A stretch of 64,000 nucleotides of DNA from the human T2T-CHM13v2.0 reference genome, Homo sapiens, in assembly GCF_009914755.1 (NCBI RefSeq), contig NC_060946.1. One strand, written 5' to 3'. Position numbers and translations under genes: made by a program. Below the pieces are notes generated by a model that was not told the DNA's origin, made no database searches, and saw nothing but the letters and a program-made list of their open reading frames with translations. Shown here piece after piece: positions 30,801 through 48,149 of the stretch (positions within the stretch are counted from its first letter, which is position 1; each line of letters opens with the position of its first letter).

Positions 30801-33800
30801 GTACAAAAAATAACAAAGTACCAAAAGCATGTATTATATTCTGTAACTAAAATATGAAAGTACATCAAATATATATTTTATTCTGTACATATAATATCAA
30901 AGTACACCAGATATATATTCTATAGTGTACATAAAATATCAAAGTACCCAAACTATACATTATATACTGTACATAAAATATGAAATTACATCAAATATAT
31001 ATTATATTAGGTACATAAAATATGAAAGTACATGAAATATAGATTATATACTGTACATAAAATATCAAGGTACCCCAAATATATATTATATACTCTACAT
31101 GAAATATCAAAGTTCACAAACTATATATTATATACTGTACATAAAATATCAAAGTACCCAAGGTATATATTCTATACTGTACAAAAAATAACAAAGTACC
31201 AAAAGCATGTATAATATACTGTACATAAAATATGAAAGTACATCAAATATATATTTTATTCTGTACATAAAATATCAAAGTACACCAGATATATATTCTA
31301 TAGTGTACATAAAATATCAAAGTACCCAAACTATACATTATATACTGTAAATAAAATATGAAATTACATCAAATATATTTTATATTAGGTACATAAAATA
31401 TGAAAGTACATCAAATATATATTTTATTCTGTACATAAAATATCAAAGTACACCAGATATGTATTCTATAGTGTACATAAAATATAAAAGTACCCAAACT
31501 ATACATTATATACTGTACATAAAATATGAAATTATATCAAATATATATTATATTAGGTACATAATATATGAAAGTACATCAAATATAGATTATATACTGT
31601 ACATAAAATATCAAAGTACCCCAAATATATATTATATACTCTACATGAAATATCAAAGTTCACAAACTATATATTATATACTGTACATAAAATATCAAAG
31701 TACCCAAGGTATATATTCTATACTGTACAAAAAATATCAAAATACCCAAAGCATGTATTATATACTGTACATAAAATATGAAAGTACATCAAATATATAT
31801 ATTATTCTGTACATAAAATATCAAAGTACACCAGATATATATTCTATAGTGTACATAAAATATCAAAGTACCGAAACTATACATTATATACTGTACATAA
31901 AATATGAAATTACATCAAATATATTTTATATTAGGTACATAAAATATGAAAGTACATCAAATATAGATTATATACTGTACATTAAATACCAAAGTACCCC
32001 AAATATATATTTTATGCTGTACATGAAATATCAGAGTTCACAAACTATATATTATATACTGTACATATAATATCAAAGAACCCAAGGTATATATTCTATA
32101 CTGTACAAAAAATAACAAAGTACCAAAAGCATGTATTATATACTGTACCTAAAATATGAAAATACATCAAATATATATTTTATTCTGTACATAAAATATC
32201 AAAGTACACCAGATATATATTCTATAGTGTACATAAAATATCAAAGTACCCAAGCTATACATTACATACTGTACATAAAATATGAAATTACATCAAATAT
32301 ATATTATATTAGGTACATAAAATATGAAAGTACATGAAATATAGATTATATACTGTACATAAAATATCAAGGTACCACAAATATATATTATATACTCTAC
32401 ATGAAATATCAAAGTTCACAAACTATATATTATATACTGTACATATAATATCAAAGTACCCAAGGTATATATTCTATACTGTACAAAAAATAACAAAGTA
32501 CCAAAAGCATGTATTATATACTGTACCTAAAATATGAAAGTACATCAAATATGTATTTTATTCTGTACATAAAATATCAAAGTACACCAGATATATATTC
32601 TATAGTGTACATAAAATATGAAAGTACCCAAACTATACATTATATCCTGTACATAAAATATGAAATTACACCAAATATATATTATATTAGGTACATAAAA
32701 TATGAAAGTACATGAAATATAGATTATATACTGTACATAAAATATCAAGGTACGCCAAATATATATTATATACTCTACATGAAATATCAAAGTTCTCAAA
32801 CTATATATTATATACTGTACATAAAATATCAAAGTACCCAAGGTATATATTCTATACTGTACAAAAAATAACAAAGTACCAAAAGCATGTATAATATACT
32901 GTACATAAAATATGAAAGTACATCAAATATATATTTTATTCTGTACATAAAATATCAAAGTACACCAGATATATATTCTATAGTGTACATAAAATATCAA
33001 AGTACCCAAACTATACATTATATACTGTAAATAAAATATGAAATGACATCAAATATATTTTATATTAGGTACATAAAATATGAAAGTACATCAAATATAT
33101 ATTTTATTCTGTACATAAAATATCAAACTACACCAGATATATATTCTATAGTGTACATAAAATATGAAAGTACCCAAACTATACATTATATCCTGTACAT
33201 AAAATATGAAATTACATCAAATATATATTATATTAGGTACATAAAATATGAAAGTACATGAAATATAGATTATATACTGTACATAATATATCAAGGTACG
33301 CCAAATATATATTATATACTCTACATGAAATATCAAAGTTCTCAAACTATATATTATATACTGTACATAAAATATCAAAGTACCCAAGGTATATATTCTA
33401 TACTTTACAAAAAATAACAAAGTACCAAAAGCATGTATAATATACTGTACATAAAATATGAAAGTACATCAAATATATATTTTATTCTGTACATAAAATA
33501 TCAAAGTACACCAGATATATATTCTATAGTGTACATAAAATATCAAAGTACCCAAACTATACATTATATACTGTAAATAAAATATGAAATTACATCAAAT
33601 ATATTTTATATTAGGTACATAAAATATGAAAGTACATCAAATATATATTTTATTCTGTACATAAAATATCAAACTACACCAGATATATATTCTATAGTGT
33701 ACATAAAATATCAAAGTACCCAAACTATACATTATATACTGTACATAAAATATGAAATTACATCAAATATATTTTATATTAGGTACATAAAATATGAAAG

Positions 33801-36800
33801 TACATCAAATATAGATTATATACTGTACATTAAATACCAAAGTACCCCAAATATATATTTTATACTGTACATGAAATATCAAAGTTCACAAACTATATAT
33901 TATATACTGTACATATAATATCAAAGTACCCAAGGTATATATTCTATACTGTACAAAAAATAACAAAGTACCAAAAGCATGTATTATATACTGTACCTAA
34001 AATATGAAAGTACATCAAATATATATTTTATTCTGTACATAAAATATCAAAGTACACCAGATATATATTCTATAGTGTACATAAAATATCAAAGTACCCA
34101 AACTATACATTATATACTGTACATAAAATATGAAATTACATCAAATATATATTATATTAGGTACATAAAATATGAAAGTACATGAAATATAGATTATATA
34201 CTGTACATAAAATAGCAAGGTACCCCAAATATATATTATATACTCTACATGAAATATCAAAGTTCACAAACTATATATTATATACTGTACATAAAATATC
34301 AAAGTACCCAAGGTATATATTCTATACTGTACAAAAAATAACAAAGTAGCAAAAGCATGTATAATATACTGTACATAAAATATGAAAGTACAACAAATAT
34401 ATATTTTATTCTGTACATAAAATATCAAAGTACACCCGATATATATTCTATAGTGTACATAAAATATCAAAGTACCCAAACTATACATTATATACTGTAA
34501 ATAAAATATGAAATTACATCAAATATATTTTATATTAGGTACATAAAATATGAAAGTACATCAAATATATATTTTATTCTGTACATAAAATATCAAAGTA
34601 CACCAGATATATATTGTATACTGTACATAAAATATCAAAGTACCCAAACTATACGTTATATACTGTACATAAAATATGAAATTACATCAAATATATTTTA
34701 TATTGGGTACATAAAATATGAAAGTACATCAAATACAGATTATATACTGTACATTAAATACCAAAGTACCCCAAATATATATTTTATACTGTACATGAAA
34801 TATCAAATTTCACAAACTATATATTATATACTGTACATATAATATCAAAGTACACAAGGTATATATTCTATACTGTACAAAAAATAACAAAGTACCAAAA
34901 GCATGTATTATATACTGTACCTAAAATATGAAAGTACATCAGATATATGTTTTATTCTGTACATAAAATATCAAAGTACACCAGATATATATTCTATAGT
35001 GTACATAAAATATCAAAGTACCCAAACTATACATTATATACTGTACATAAAATATGAAATTACATCAAATATATATTATATTAGGTACATAAAATATGAA
35101 AGTACATGAAATATAGATTATATACTGTACATAAAATATCAAGGTACCCCAAATATATATTATATACTCTACATGAAATATCAAAGTTCTGAAACTATAT
35201 ATTATATACTGTACATAAAATATCAAAGTACCCAAGGTATATATTCTATACTGTACAAAAAATAACAAAGTACCAAAAGCATGTATAATATACTGTACAT
35301 AAAATATGAAAGTACATCGAATATATATTTTATTCTTTACATAAAATATCAAAGTACACCAGATTTATATTCTATAGTGTACATAAAATATCAAAGTACC
35401 CAAACTATACATTATATACTGTAAATAAAATATGAAATTACATCAAATATATTTTATATTAGGTACATAAAATATGAAAGTACATCAAATATATATTTTA
35501 TTCTGTACATAAAATATCAAAGTACACCAGATATATATTCTATAGTGTACATAAAATATCAAATTACCCAAACTATACATTATATACTGTACATAAAATA
35601 TGAAATTACATCAAATATATTTTATATTAGGTACATAAAATATGAAAGTACATCAAATATAGATTATATACTGTACATTAAATACCAAATTACCCCAAAT
35701 ATATATTTTATACTGTACATGAAATATCAAAGTTCACAAACTATGTATTATATACTGTACATATAATATCAAAGTACCCAAGGTATATATTCTATACTGT
35801 ACAAAAAATAACAAAGTACCAAAAGCATGTATAATATACTGTACATAAAATATGAAAGTACATCAAATATATATTTTATTCTGTACATAAAATATCAAAG
35901 TACACCAGATATATATTCTATAGTGTACATAAAATATCAAAGTACCCAAACTATACATTATATACTGTAAATAAAATATGAAATTACATCAAATATATTT
36001 TATATTAGGTACATAAAATATGAAAGTACATCAAATATATATTTTATTCTGTACATAAAATATCAAAGTACACCAGATATATATTCTATAGTGTACATAA
36101 AATATCAAAGTACCCAAACTATACATTATATACTGTACATAAAATATGAAATTACATCAAATATATTTTATATTAGGTACATAAAATATGAAAGTACATC
36201 AAATATAGATTATATACTGTACATTAAATACCAAAGTACCCCAAATATATATTTTATACTGTACATGAAATATCAAAGTTCACAAACTATATATTATATA
36301 ATGTACATAAAATATCAAAGTACCCAAGGTATATATTCTATACTGTACAAAAAATAACAAAGTACCAAAAGCATGTATTATATACTGTACCTAAAATATG
36401 AAAATACATCAAATATATATTTTATTCTGTACATAAAATATCAAAGTACACCAGATATATATTCTATAGTGTACATAAAATATCAAAGTACCCAAACTAT
36501 ACATTATATACTGTAAATAAAATATGAAATTACATCAAATATATTTTATATTAGGTACATAAAATATGAAAGTACATCAAATATAGATTATATACTGTAC
36601 ATTAAATATGAAAGTACCCCAAATATATATTTTATACTGTACATGAAATATCAAAGTTCACAAACTATATATTATATACTGTACATAAATTATCAAAGTA
36701 CCCAAGGTATATATTCTATACTGTACAAAAAATATCAAAGTACCCAAAGCATGTATTATATACTGTACATAAAATATGAAAGTACATCAAATATATATTT

Positions 36801-39800
36801 TATTCTGTACATAAAACATCAAAGTACACCAGATATATATTCTATAGTGTACATAAAATATCAAAGTACCCAAACTATACATTATATAGTGTACATAAAA
36901 TATGAAATTATATCAAATATATATTATATCAGGTACATAATATATGAAAGTACATCAAATATAGATTATATACTGTACATAAAATATCAAAGTACCCCAA
37001 ATATAAATTATATACTCTACATGAAATATCAAAGTTCACAAACTATATATTATATACTGTACAAAAATATCAAAGTACCCAAGGTATATATTCTATACTG
37101 TACAAAAAATATCAAAGTACACAAAGCATGTATTATATACTGTACATAAAATATGAAAGTACATCAAATATATATTTTATTCTGTACGTAAAAGATCAAA
37201 GTACACCAGATATATATTCTATAGTGTACATAAAATATAAAAGTACCCAAACTATACATTATATACTGTACATAAAATATGAAATTATATCAAATATATA
37301 TTATATTAGGTACATAATATATGAAAGTACATCAAATATAGATTATATACTGTACATAAAATATCAAAGTACCCCAAATATATATTATATACTCTACATG
37401 AAATATCAAAGTTCACAAACTATATATTATATACTGTACATAAAATATCAAAGTACCCAAGGTATATATTCTATACTGTACAAAAAATATCAAAATACCC
37501 AAAGCATGTATTATATACTGTACATAAAATATGAAAGTACATCAAATATATATTTTATCCTCTACATAAAATATCAAAGTACACCAGATATATATTCTAT
37601 AGTGTACATAAAATATCAAAGTACCCAAACTATACATTATATACTGTACATAAAATATGAAATTACATCAAATATATTTTATATTAGGTACATAAAATAT
37701 GAAAGTACATCAAATATAGATTATATACTGTACTTTAAATACCAAAGTACCCCAAATATATATTTTATACTGTACATGAAATATCAGAGTTCACAAACTA
37801 TATATTATATACTGTACATATAATATCAAAGTACCCAAGGTATATATTCTATACTGTACAAAAAATAACAAAGTACCAAAAGCATGTATTATATACTGTA
37901 CCTAAAATATGAAAATACATCAAATATATATTTTATTCTGTACATAAAATATCAAAGTACACCAGATATATATTCTATAGTGTACATAAAATATCAAAGT
38001 ACCCAAACTATACATTACATACTGTACATAAAATATGAAATTACATCAAATATATATTATATTAGGTACATAAAATATGAAAGTACATGAAATATAGATT
38101 ATATACTGTACATAAAATATCAAGGTACCCCAAATATATATTATATACTCTACATGAAATATCAAAGTTCACAAACTATATATTATATACTGTACATATA
38201 ATATCAAAGTACCCAAGGTATATATTCTATACTGTACAAAAAATAACAAAGTACCAAAAGCATGTATTATATACTGTACCTAAAATATGAAAGTACATCA
38301 AATATATATTTTATTCTGTACATAAAATATCAAAGTACACCAGATATATATTCTATAGTGTACATAAAATATCAAAGTACCCAAACTATACATTATATAC
38401 TGTAAATAAAACATGAAATTACATCAAATATATTTTATATTAGGTACATAAAATATGAAAGTACATCAAATATAGATTATATACTGTACATTAAATACCA
38501 AAGTACCCCAAATATATATTTTATACTGTACATGAAATATCAAAATACACAAACTATATATTATATACTGTACATAAAATATCAAAGTACCCAAGGTATA
38601 TATTCTATACTGTACAAAAAATAACAAAGTACCAAAAGCATGTATAATATACTGTACATAAAATATGAAAGTACATCAAATATATATTTTATTCTGTACA
38701 TAAAATATCAAAGTACACCAGATATATATTCTATAGTGTACATAAAATATCAAAGTACCCAAACTATACATTATATACTGTACATAAAATATGAAATTAC
38801 ATCAAATATATATTATATTAGGTACATAAAATATGAAAGTACATGAAATATAGATTATATACTGTACATAAAATATCAAGGTACCCCAAATATATATTAT
38901 ATACTCTACATGAAATATCAAAGTTCACAAACTATATATTATATACAGTACATAAAATATCAAAGTACCCAAGGTATATATTCTATACTGTACAAAAAAT
39001 AACAAAGTACCAAAAGCATGTATAATATACTGTACATAAAATATGAAAGTACATCAAATATATATTTTATTCTGTACATAAAATATCAAAGTACACCAGA
39101 TATATATTCTATAGTGTACATAAAATATCAAAGTACCCAAACTATACATTATATACTGTAAATAAAATATGAAATTACATCAAATATATTTTATATTAGG
39201 TACATAAAATATGAAAGTACATCAAATATATATTTTATTCTGTACATAAAATATCAAAGTACACCAGATATGTATTCTATAGTGTACATAAAATATAAAA
39301 GTACCCAAACTATACATTATATACTGTACATAAAATATGAAATTATATCAAATATATATTATATTAGGTACATAATATATGAAAGTACATCAAATATAGA
39401 TTATATACTGTACATAAAATATCAAAGTACCCCAAATATATATTATATACTCTACATGAAATATCAAAGTTCACAAACTATATATTATATACTGTACATA
39501 AAATATCAAAGTACCCAAGGTATATATTCTATACTGTACAAAAAATATCAAAATACCCAAAGCATGTATTATATACTGTACATAAAATATGAAAGTACAT
39601 CAAATATATATTTTATTCTGTACATAAAATATCAAAGTACACCAGATATATATTCTATAGTGTACATAAAATATCAAAGTACCGAAACTATACATTATAT
39701 ACTGTACATAAAATATGAAATTACATCAAATATATTTTATATTAGGTACATAAAATATGAAAGTACATCAAATATAGATTATATACTGTACATTAAATAC

Positions 39801-42390
39801 CAAAGTACCCCAAATATATATTTTATGCTGTACATGAAATATCAGAGTTCACAAACTATATATTATATACTGTACATATAATATCAAAGAACCCAAGGTA
39901 TATATTCTATACTGTACAAAAAATAACTAAGTACCAAAAGCATGTATTATATACTGTACCTAAAATATGAAAATACATCAAATATATATTTTATTCTGTA
40001 CATAAAATATCAAAGTACACCAGATATATATTCTATAGTGTACATAAAATATCAAAGTACCCAAGCTATACATTACATACTGTACATAAAATATGAAATT
40101 ACATCAAATATATATTATATTAGGTACATAAAATATGAAAGTACATGAAATATAGATTATATACTGTACATAAAATGTCAAGGTACCACAAATATATATT
40201 ATATACTCTACATGAAATATCAAAGTTCACAAACTATATATTATATACTGTACATATAATATCAAAGTACCCAAGGTATATATTCTATACTGTACAAAAA
40301 ATAACAAAGTACCAAAAGCATGTATTATATACTGTACCTAAAATATGAAAGTACATCAAATATGTATTTTATTCTGTACATAAAATATCAAAGTACACCA
40401 GATATATATTCTATAGTGTACATAAAATATGAAAGTACCCAAACTATACATTATATCCTGTACATAAAATATGAAATAACATCAAATATATATTATATTA
40501 GGTACATAAAATATGAAAGTACATGAAATATAGATTATATACTGTACATAAAATATCAAGGTACGCCAAATATATATTATATACTCTACATGAAATATCA
40601 AAGTTCTCAAACTATATATTATATACTGTACATAAAATATCAAAGTACCCAAGGTATATATTCTATACTGTACAAAAAATAACAAAGTACCAAAAGCATG
40701 TATAATATACTGTACATAAAATATGAAAGTACATCAAATATATATTTTATTCTGTACATAAAATATCAAAGTACACCAGATATATATTCTATAGTGTACA
40801 TAAAATATCAAAGTACCCAAACTATACATTATATACTGTAAATGAAATATGAAATTACATCAAATATATTTTATATTAGGTACATAAAATATGAAAGTAC
40901 ATCAAATATATATTTTATTCTGTACATAAAATATCAAACTACACCAGATATATATTCTATAGTGTACATAAAATATCAAAGTACCCAAACTATACATTAT
41001 ATACTGTACATAAAATATGAAATTACATCAAATATATTTTATATTAGGTACATAAAATATGAAAGTACATCAAATATAGATTATATACTGTACATTAAAT
41101 ACCAAAGTACCCCAAATATATATTTTATACTGTACATGAAATATCAAAGTTCACAAACTATATATTATATACTGTACATATAATATCAAAGTACCCAAGG
41201 TATATATTCTATACTGTACAAAAAATAACAAAGTACCAAAAGCATGTATTATATACTGTACCTAAAATATGAAAGTACATCAAATATATATTTTATTCTG
41301 TACATAAAATATCAAAGTACACCAGATATATATTCTATAGTGTACATAAAATATCAAAGTACCCAAACTATACATTATATACTGTACATAAAATATGAAA
41401 TTACATCAAATATATATTATATTAGGTACATAAAATATGAAAGTACATGAAATATAGATTATATACTGTACATAAAATAGCAAGGTACCCAAATATATAT
41501 TATATACTCTACATGAAATATCAAAGTTCACAAACTATATATTATATACTGTACATAAAATATCAAAGTACCCAAGGTATATATTCTATACTGTACAAAA
41601 AATAACAAAGTAGCAAAAGCATGTATAATATACTGTACATAAAATATGAAAGTACAACAAATATATATTTTATTCTGTACATAAAATATCAAAGTACACC
41701 CGATATATATTCTATAGTGTACATAAAATATCAAAGTACCCAAACTATACATTATATACTGTAAATAAAATATGAAATTACATCAAATATATTTTATATT
41801 AGGTACATAAAATATGAAAGTACATCAAATATATATTTTATTCTGTACATAAAATATGAAAGTACACCAGATATATATTGTATACTGTACATAAAATATC
41901 AAAGTACCCAAACTATACGTTATATACTGTACATAAAATATGAAATTACATCAAATATATTTTATATTGGGTACATAAAATATGAAAGTACATCAAATAC
42001 AGATTATATACTGTACATTAAATACCAAAGTACCCCAAATATATATTTTATACTGTACATGAAATATCAAATTTCACAAACTATATATTATATACTGTAC
42101 ATATAATATCAAAGTACCCAAGGTATATATTCTATACTGTACAAAAAATAACAAAGTACCAAAAGCATGTATTATATACTGTACCTAAAATATGAAATTA
42201 CATCAGATATATATTTTATTCTGTACATAAAATATCAAAGTACACCAGATATATATTCTATAGTGTACATAAAATATCAAAGTACCCAAACTATACATTA
42301 TATACTGTACATAAAATATGAAATTACATCAAATATATATTATATTAGGTACATAAAATATGAAAGTACATGAAATATAGATTATATACT
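15900..42390 (+). repeat. About 12-kb duplicated block, offset 14,110 then 14,488 bp (copy 1 about 15.9-27.9 kb, copy 2 about 30.0-42.4 kb)
   Basis: Offsets 16341/30451, 17349/31459 and 22533/36643 are 14110; 23396/37884, 24782/39270 and 26756/41244 are 14488. Shared private variants include TAGGTTCATA, CTGTAACTAA, AAATGACATC, GTACGTAAAAGATC and AAAATGTCAAGG. Confidence 0.92.
26050..29750 (+). repeat. Locally repeated segment with 1,848-bp (44-monomer) period
   Basis: ORF pairs 26474/28322, 26756/28604, 27041/28889 and 27680/29528 are all offset by 1848. GTAGCAAAAG, CACCCGAT, ATACGTT and ATTGGGTAC recur at that spacing. Confidence 0.85.
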
Positions 42391-45300
42391 GTACATAAAA
42401 TAGCAAGGTACCCCAAATATATATTATATACTCTACATGAAATATCAAAGTTCTGAAACTATATATTATATACTGTACATAAAATATCAAAGTACCCAAG
42501 GTATATATTCTATACTGTACAAAAAATAACAAAGTACCAAAAGCATGTATAATATACTGTACATAAAATATGAAAGTACATCGAATATATATTTTATTCT
42601 TTACATAAAATATCAAAGTACACCAGATTTATATTCTATAGTGTACATAAAATATCAAAGTACCCAAACTATACATTATATACTGTAAATAAAATATGAA
42701 ATTACATCAAATATATTTTATATTAGGTACATAAAATATGAAAGTACATCAAATATATATTTTATTCTGTACATAAAATATCAAAGTACACCAGATATAT
42801 ATTCTATAGTGTCCATAAAATATCAAAGTACCCAAACTCTACATTATATACTGTAAATAAAATATGAAATTACATCAAATAAATTTTATATTAGGTACAT
42901 AAAATATGAAAGTACATCAAATATAGATTATATACTGTACAATAAATACCAAATTACCCCAAATATATATTTTATACTGTACATGAAATATCAAATTTCA
43001 CAAACTATATATTATATACTGTACATATAATATCAAAGTACCCAAGGTATATATTCTATACTGTACAAAAAATAACAAAGTACCAAAAGCATGTATTATA
43101 TACTGTACCTAAAATATGAAAGTACATCAAATATATATTTTATTCTGTACATAAAATATCAAAGTACACCAGATATATATTCTATAGTGTACATAAAATA
43201 TCAAAGTACCCAAACTATACATTATATACTGTAAATAAAATATGAAATTACATCAAATATATTTTATATTAGGTACATAAAATATGAAAGTACATCAAAT
43301 ATATATTTTATTCTGTACATAAAATATCAAAGTACACCAGATATATATTCTATAGTGTACATAAAATATCAAAGTACCCAAACTATACATTATATACTGT
43401 ATATAAAATATGAAATTACATCAAATATATTTTATATTAGGTACATAAAATATGAAAGTACATCAAATATAGATTATATACTGTACATTAAATACCAAAT
43501 TACCCCAAATATATATTTTATACTGTACATGAAATATCAAATTTCGCAAACTATATATTATATACTGTACGTATAATATCAAAGTACCCAAGGTATATGT
43601 TCTATACTGTACAAAAAATAACAAAGTACCAAAAGCATGTATTATATACTGTACCTAAAATATGAAAGTACATCAAATATATATTTTATTCTGTACATAA
43701 AATATCAAAGTACACCAGATATATATTCTATAGTGTACATAAAATATCAAAGTACCCAAACTATACATTATATACTGTACATAAAATATGAAATTACATC
43801 AAATATATTTTATATTAGGTACATAAAATATGAAAGTACATCAAATATAGATTATATACTGTACATTAAATACCAAAGTACCCCAAATATATATTTTATA
43901 CTGTACATGAAATATCAAAATACACAAACTATATATTATATACTGTACATAAAATATCAAAGTACCCAAGGTATATATTCTATACTGTACAAAAAATAAC
44001 AAAGTACCAAAAGCATGTATAATATACTGTACATAAAATATGAAAGTACATCAAATATATATTTTATTCTGTACATAAAATATCAAAGTACACCAGATAT
44101 ATATTCTATAGTGTACATAAAATATCAAAGTACCCAAACTATACATTATATACTGTACATAAAATATGAAATTACATCAAATATATTTTATATTAGGTAC
44201 ATAAAATATGAAAGTACATCAAATATAGATTATATACTGTACATTAAATACCAAAGTACCCCAAATATATATTTTATACTGTACATGAAATATCAAAATA
44301 CACTAACTATATATTATATACTGTACATAATATATCAAAGTACCCAAGGTATATATTCTATACTGTACAAAAAATAACAAAGTACCAAAAGCATGTATAA
44401 TATACTGTACATAAAATATGAAAGTACATCAAATATATATTTTATTCTGTACATAAAATATCAAAGTACACCAGATATATATTCTATAGTGTACATAAAA
44501 TATCAAAGTACCCAAACTCTACATTATATACTGTAAATAAAATATGAAATTACATCAAATATATTTTATATTAGGTACATAAAATATGAAAGTACATCAA
44601 CTATAGATTATATACTGTACATTAAATACCAAATTACCCCAAATATATATTTTATACTGTACATGAAATATCAAATTTCACAAACTATATATTATATGCT
44701 GTACATATAATATCAAAGTACCCAAGGTATATATTCTATACTGTACAAAAAATAACAAAGTACCAAAAGCATGTATTATATACTGTACCTAAAATATGAA
44801 AGTACATCAAATATATATTTTATTCTGTACATAAAATATCAAAGTACACCAGATATATATTCTATAGTGTACATAAAATATCAAAGTACCCAAACTATAC
44901 ATTATATACTGTAAATAAAATATGAAATTACATCAAATATATTTTATATTAGGTACATAAAATATGAAAGTACATCAAATATATATTTTATTCTGTACAT
45001 AAAATATCAAAGTACACCAGATATATATTCTATAGTGTACATAAAATATCAAAGTACCCAAACTATAAATTATATACTGTACATAAAATATGAAATTACA
45101 TCATATATATTTTATATTAGGTACATAAAATATGAAAGTACATCAAATATAGATTATATACTGTACATTAAATACCAAAGTACCCCAAATATATATTTTA
45201 TACTGTACATGAAATATCAAAATACACAAACTATATATTATATACTGTACATAAAATATCAAAGTACCCAAGGTATATATTCTATACTGTACAAAAAATA

Positions 45301-48149
45301 ACAAGGTACCAAAAGCATGTATAATATACTGTACATAAAATATGAAAGTACATCAAATATATATTTTATTCTGTACATAAAATATCAAAGTACACCAGAT
45401 ATATATTCTATAGTGTACATAAAATATCAAAGTACCCAAACTATACATTATATACTGTAAATAAAATATGAAATTACATCAAATATATTTTATATTAGGT
45501 ACATGAAATATGAAAGTACATCAAATATATATTTTATTCTGTACATAAAATATCAAAGTACACCAGATATGTATTCTATAGTGTACATAAAATATCAAGA
45601 TACCCAAACTATACATTATATACTGTAAATAAAATATGAAATTACATCAAATATATTTTATATTAGGTACATAAAATATGAAAGTACATCAAATATAGAT
45701 TATATACTGTACATTAAATACGAAGGTACCCCAAATATATATTTTATACTGTACATGAAATATCAAAGTTCACAAACTATATATTATATACTGTACATAA
45801 ATTATCAAAGTACCCAAGGTATGTATTCTATACTGTACAAAAAATATCAAAGTACCCAAAGCATGTATTATATACTGTACATAAAATATGAAAGTACATC
45901 AAATATATATTTTATTCTGTACATAAAACATCAAAGTACACCAGATATATATTCTATAGTGTACATAAAATATCAAAGTACCCAAACTATACATTATATA
46001 GTTTACATAAAATATGAAATTATATCAAATATATATTATATTAGGTACATAATATATGAAAGTACATCAAATATAGATTATATACTGTACATAAAATATC
46101 AAAGTACCCCAAATATATATTATATACTCTACATGACATATCAAAGTTCACAAACTATATATTATATACTGTACATAAAATATCAAAGTACCCAAGGTAT
46201 ATATTCTATACTGTACAAAAAATATCAAAGTACACAAAGCATGTATTATATACTGTACATAAAATATGAAAGTACATCAAATATATATTTTATTCTGTAC
46301 ATAAAACATCAAAGTACACCTGATATATATTCTATAGTGTACATAAAATATAAATTACCCAAACTATACATTATATACTGTACATAAAATATGAAATTAT
46401 ATCAAATATATATTATATTAGGTACATAATATATGAAAGTACATCAAATATAGATTATATACTGTACATAAAATATCAAAGTACCCCAAATATATATTAT
46501 ACACTCTACATGAAATCTCAAAGTTCACAAACTATATATTATATACTGTACATAAAATATCAAAGTACCCAAGGTATATATTCTATAGTGTACAAAAAAT
46601 ATCAAAATACCCAAAGCATGTATTATGTACTGTACATAAAATATGAAAGTACATCAAATATATATTTTATTCTCTACATAAAATATCAAAGTACACCAGA
46701 TATATATTCTATAGTGTACATAAAATATCAAAGTACCCAAACTATACATTATATACTGTACATAAAATATGAAATTACATCAAATATATTTTATATTAGG
46801 TACATAAAATATGAAAGTACATCAAATATAGATTATATACTGTACATTAAATACCAAAGTACCCCAAATATATATTTTATACTGTACATGAAATATCAAA
46901 ATACACAAACTATATATTATATACTGTACATATAATATCAAAGTACCCAAGGTATATATTCTATATTGTACAAAAAATAATAAAGTACCAAAAGCATGTA
47001 TTATATACTGTACCTAAAATATGAAAATACATCAAATATATATTTTATTCTGTACATAAAATATCAAAGTACACCAGATATATATTCTATAGTGTACATA
47101 AAATATCAAAGTACCCAAACTATACATTATATACTGTAAATATAATATGAAATTACATCAAATATATTTTATATTAGGTACATAAAATATGAAAGTACAT
47201 CAAATATAGATTATATACTGTACATTAAATACCAAAGTACACCAAATATATATTTTATACTGTACATGAAATATCAAAATACACAAACTATATATTATAT
47301 ACTGTACATAAAATATCAAACTACCCAAGGTATATATTCTATACTGTACAAAAAATAACAAAGTACCAAAAGCATGTATAATATACTGTACATAAAATAT
47401 GAATGTACATCAAATATATATTTTATTCTGTACATAAAATATCAAAGTACACCAGATATATATTCTATAGTGTACATAAAATATCAAAGTACCCAAACTA
47501 TACATTATATACTGTACATAAAATATGAAATTACATCAAATATATTTTATATTAGGTACATAAAATATGAAAGTACATCAAATATAGATTATATACTGTA
47601 CATTAAATACCAAATTACCCCAAATATATATTTTATAGTTTACATGAAATATCAAAATACACTAACTATATATTATATACTGTACATAAAATATCAAAGT
47701 ACCCAAGGTATATATTCTATACTGTACAAAAAATAACAAAGTACCAAAAGCATGTATAATATACTGTACATAAAATATGAAAGTACATCAAATATATATT
47801 TTATTCCGTACATAAAATATCAAAGTACACCAGATATATATTCTATAGTGTACATAAAATATCAAAGTACCCAAACTATACATTATATACTGTACATAAA
47901 ATATGAAATTACATCAAATATATTTTATATTAGGTACATAAAATATGAAAGTACATCAAATATAGATTATATAGTGTACATTAAATACCAAAGTACCCCA
48001 AATATATATTTTATACTGTACATGAAATATCAAAGTTCACAAACTATATATTATATACTGTACATATAATATCAAAGTACCCAAGGTATATATTCTATAC
48101 TGTACAAAAAATAACAAAGTACCAAAAGCATGTATTATATACTGTACCT

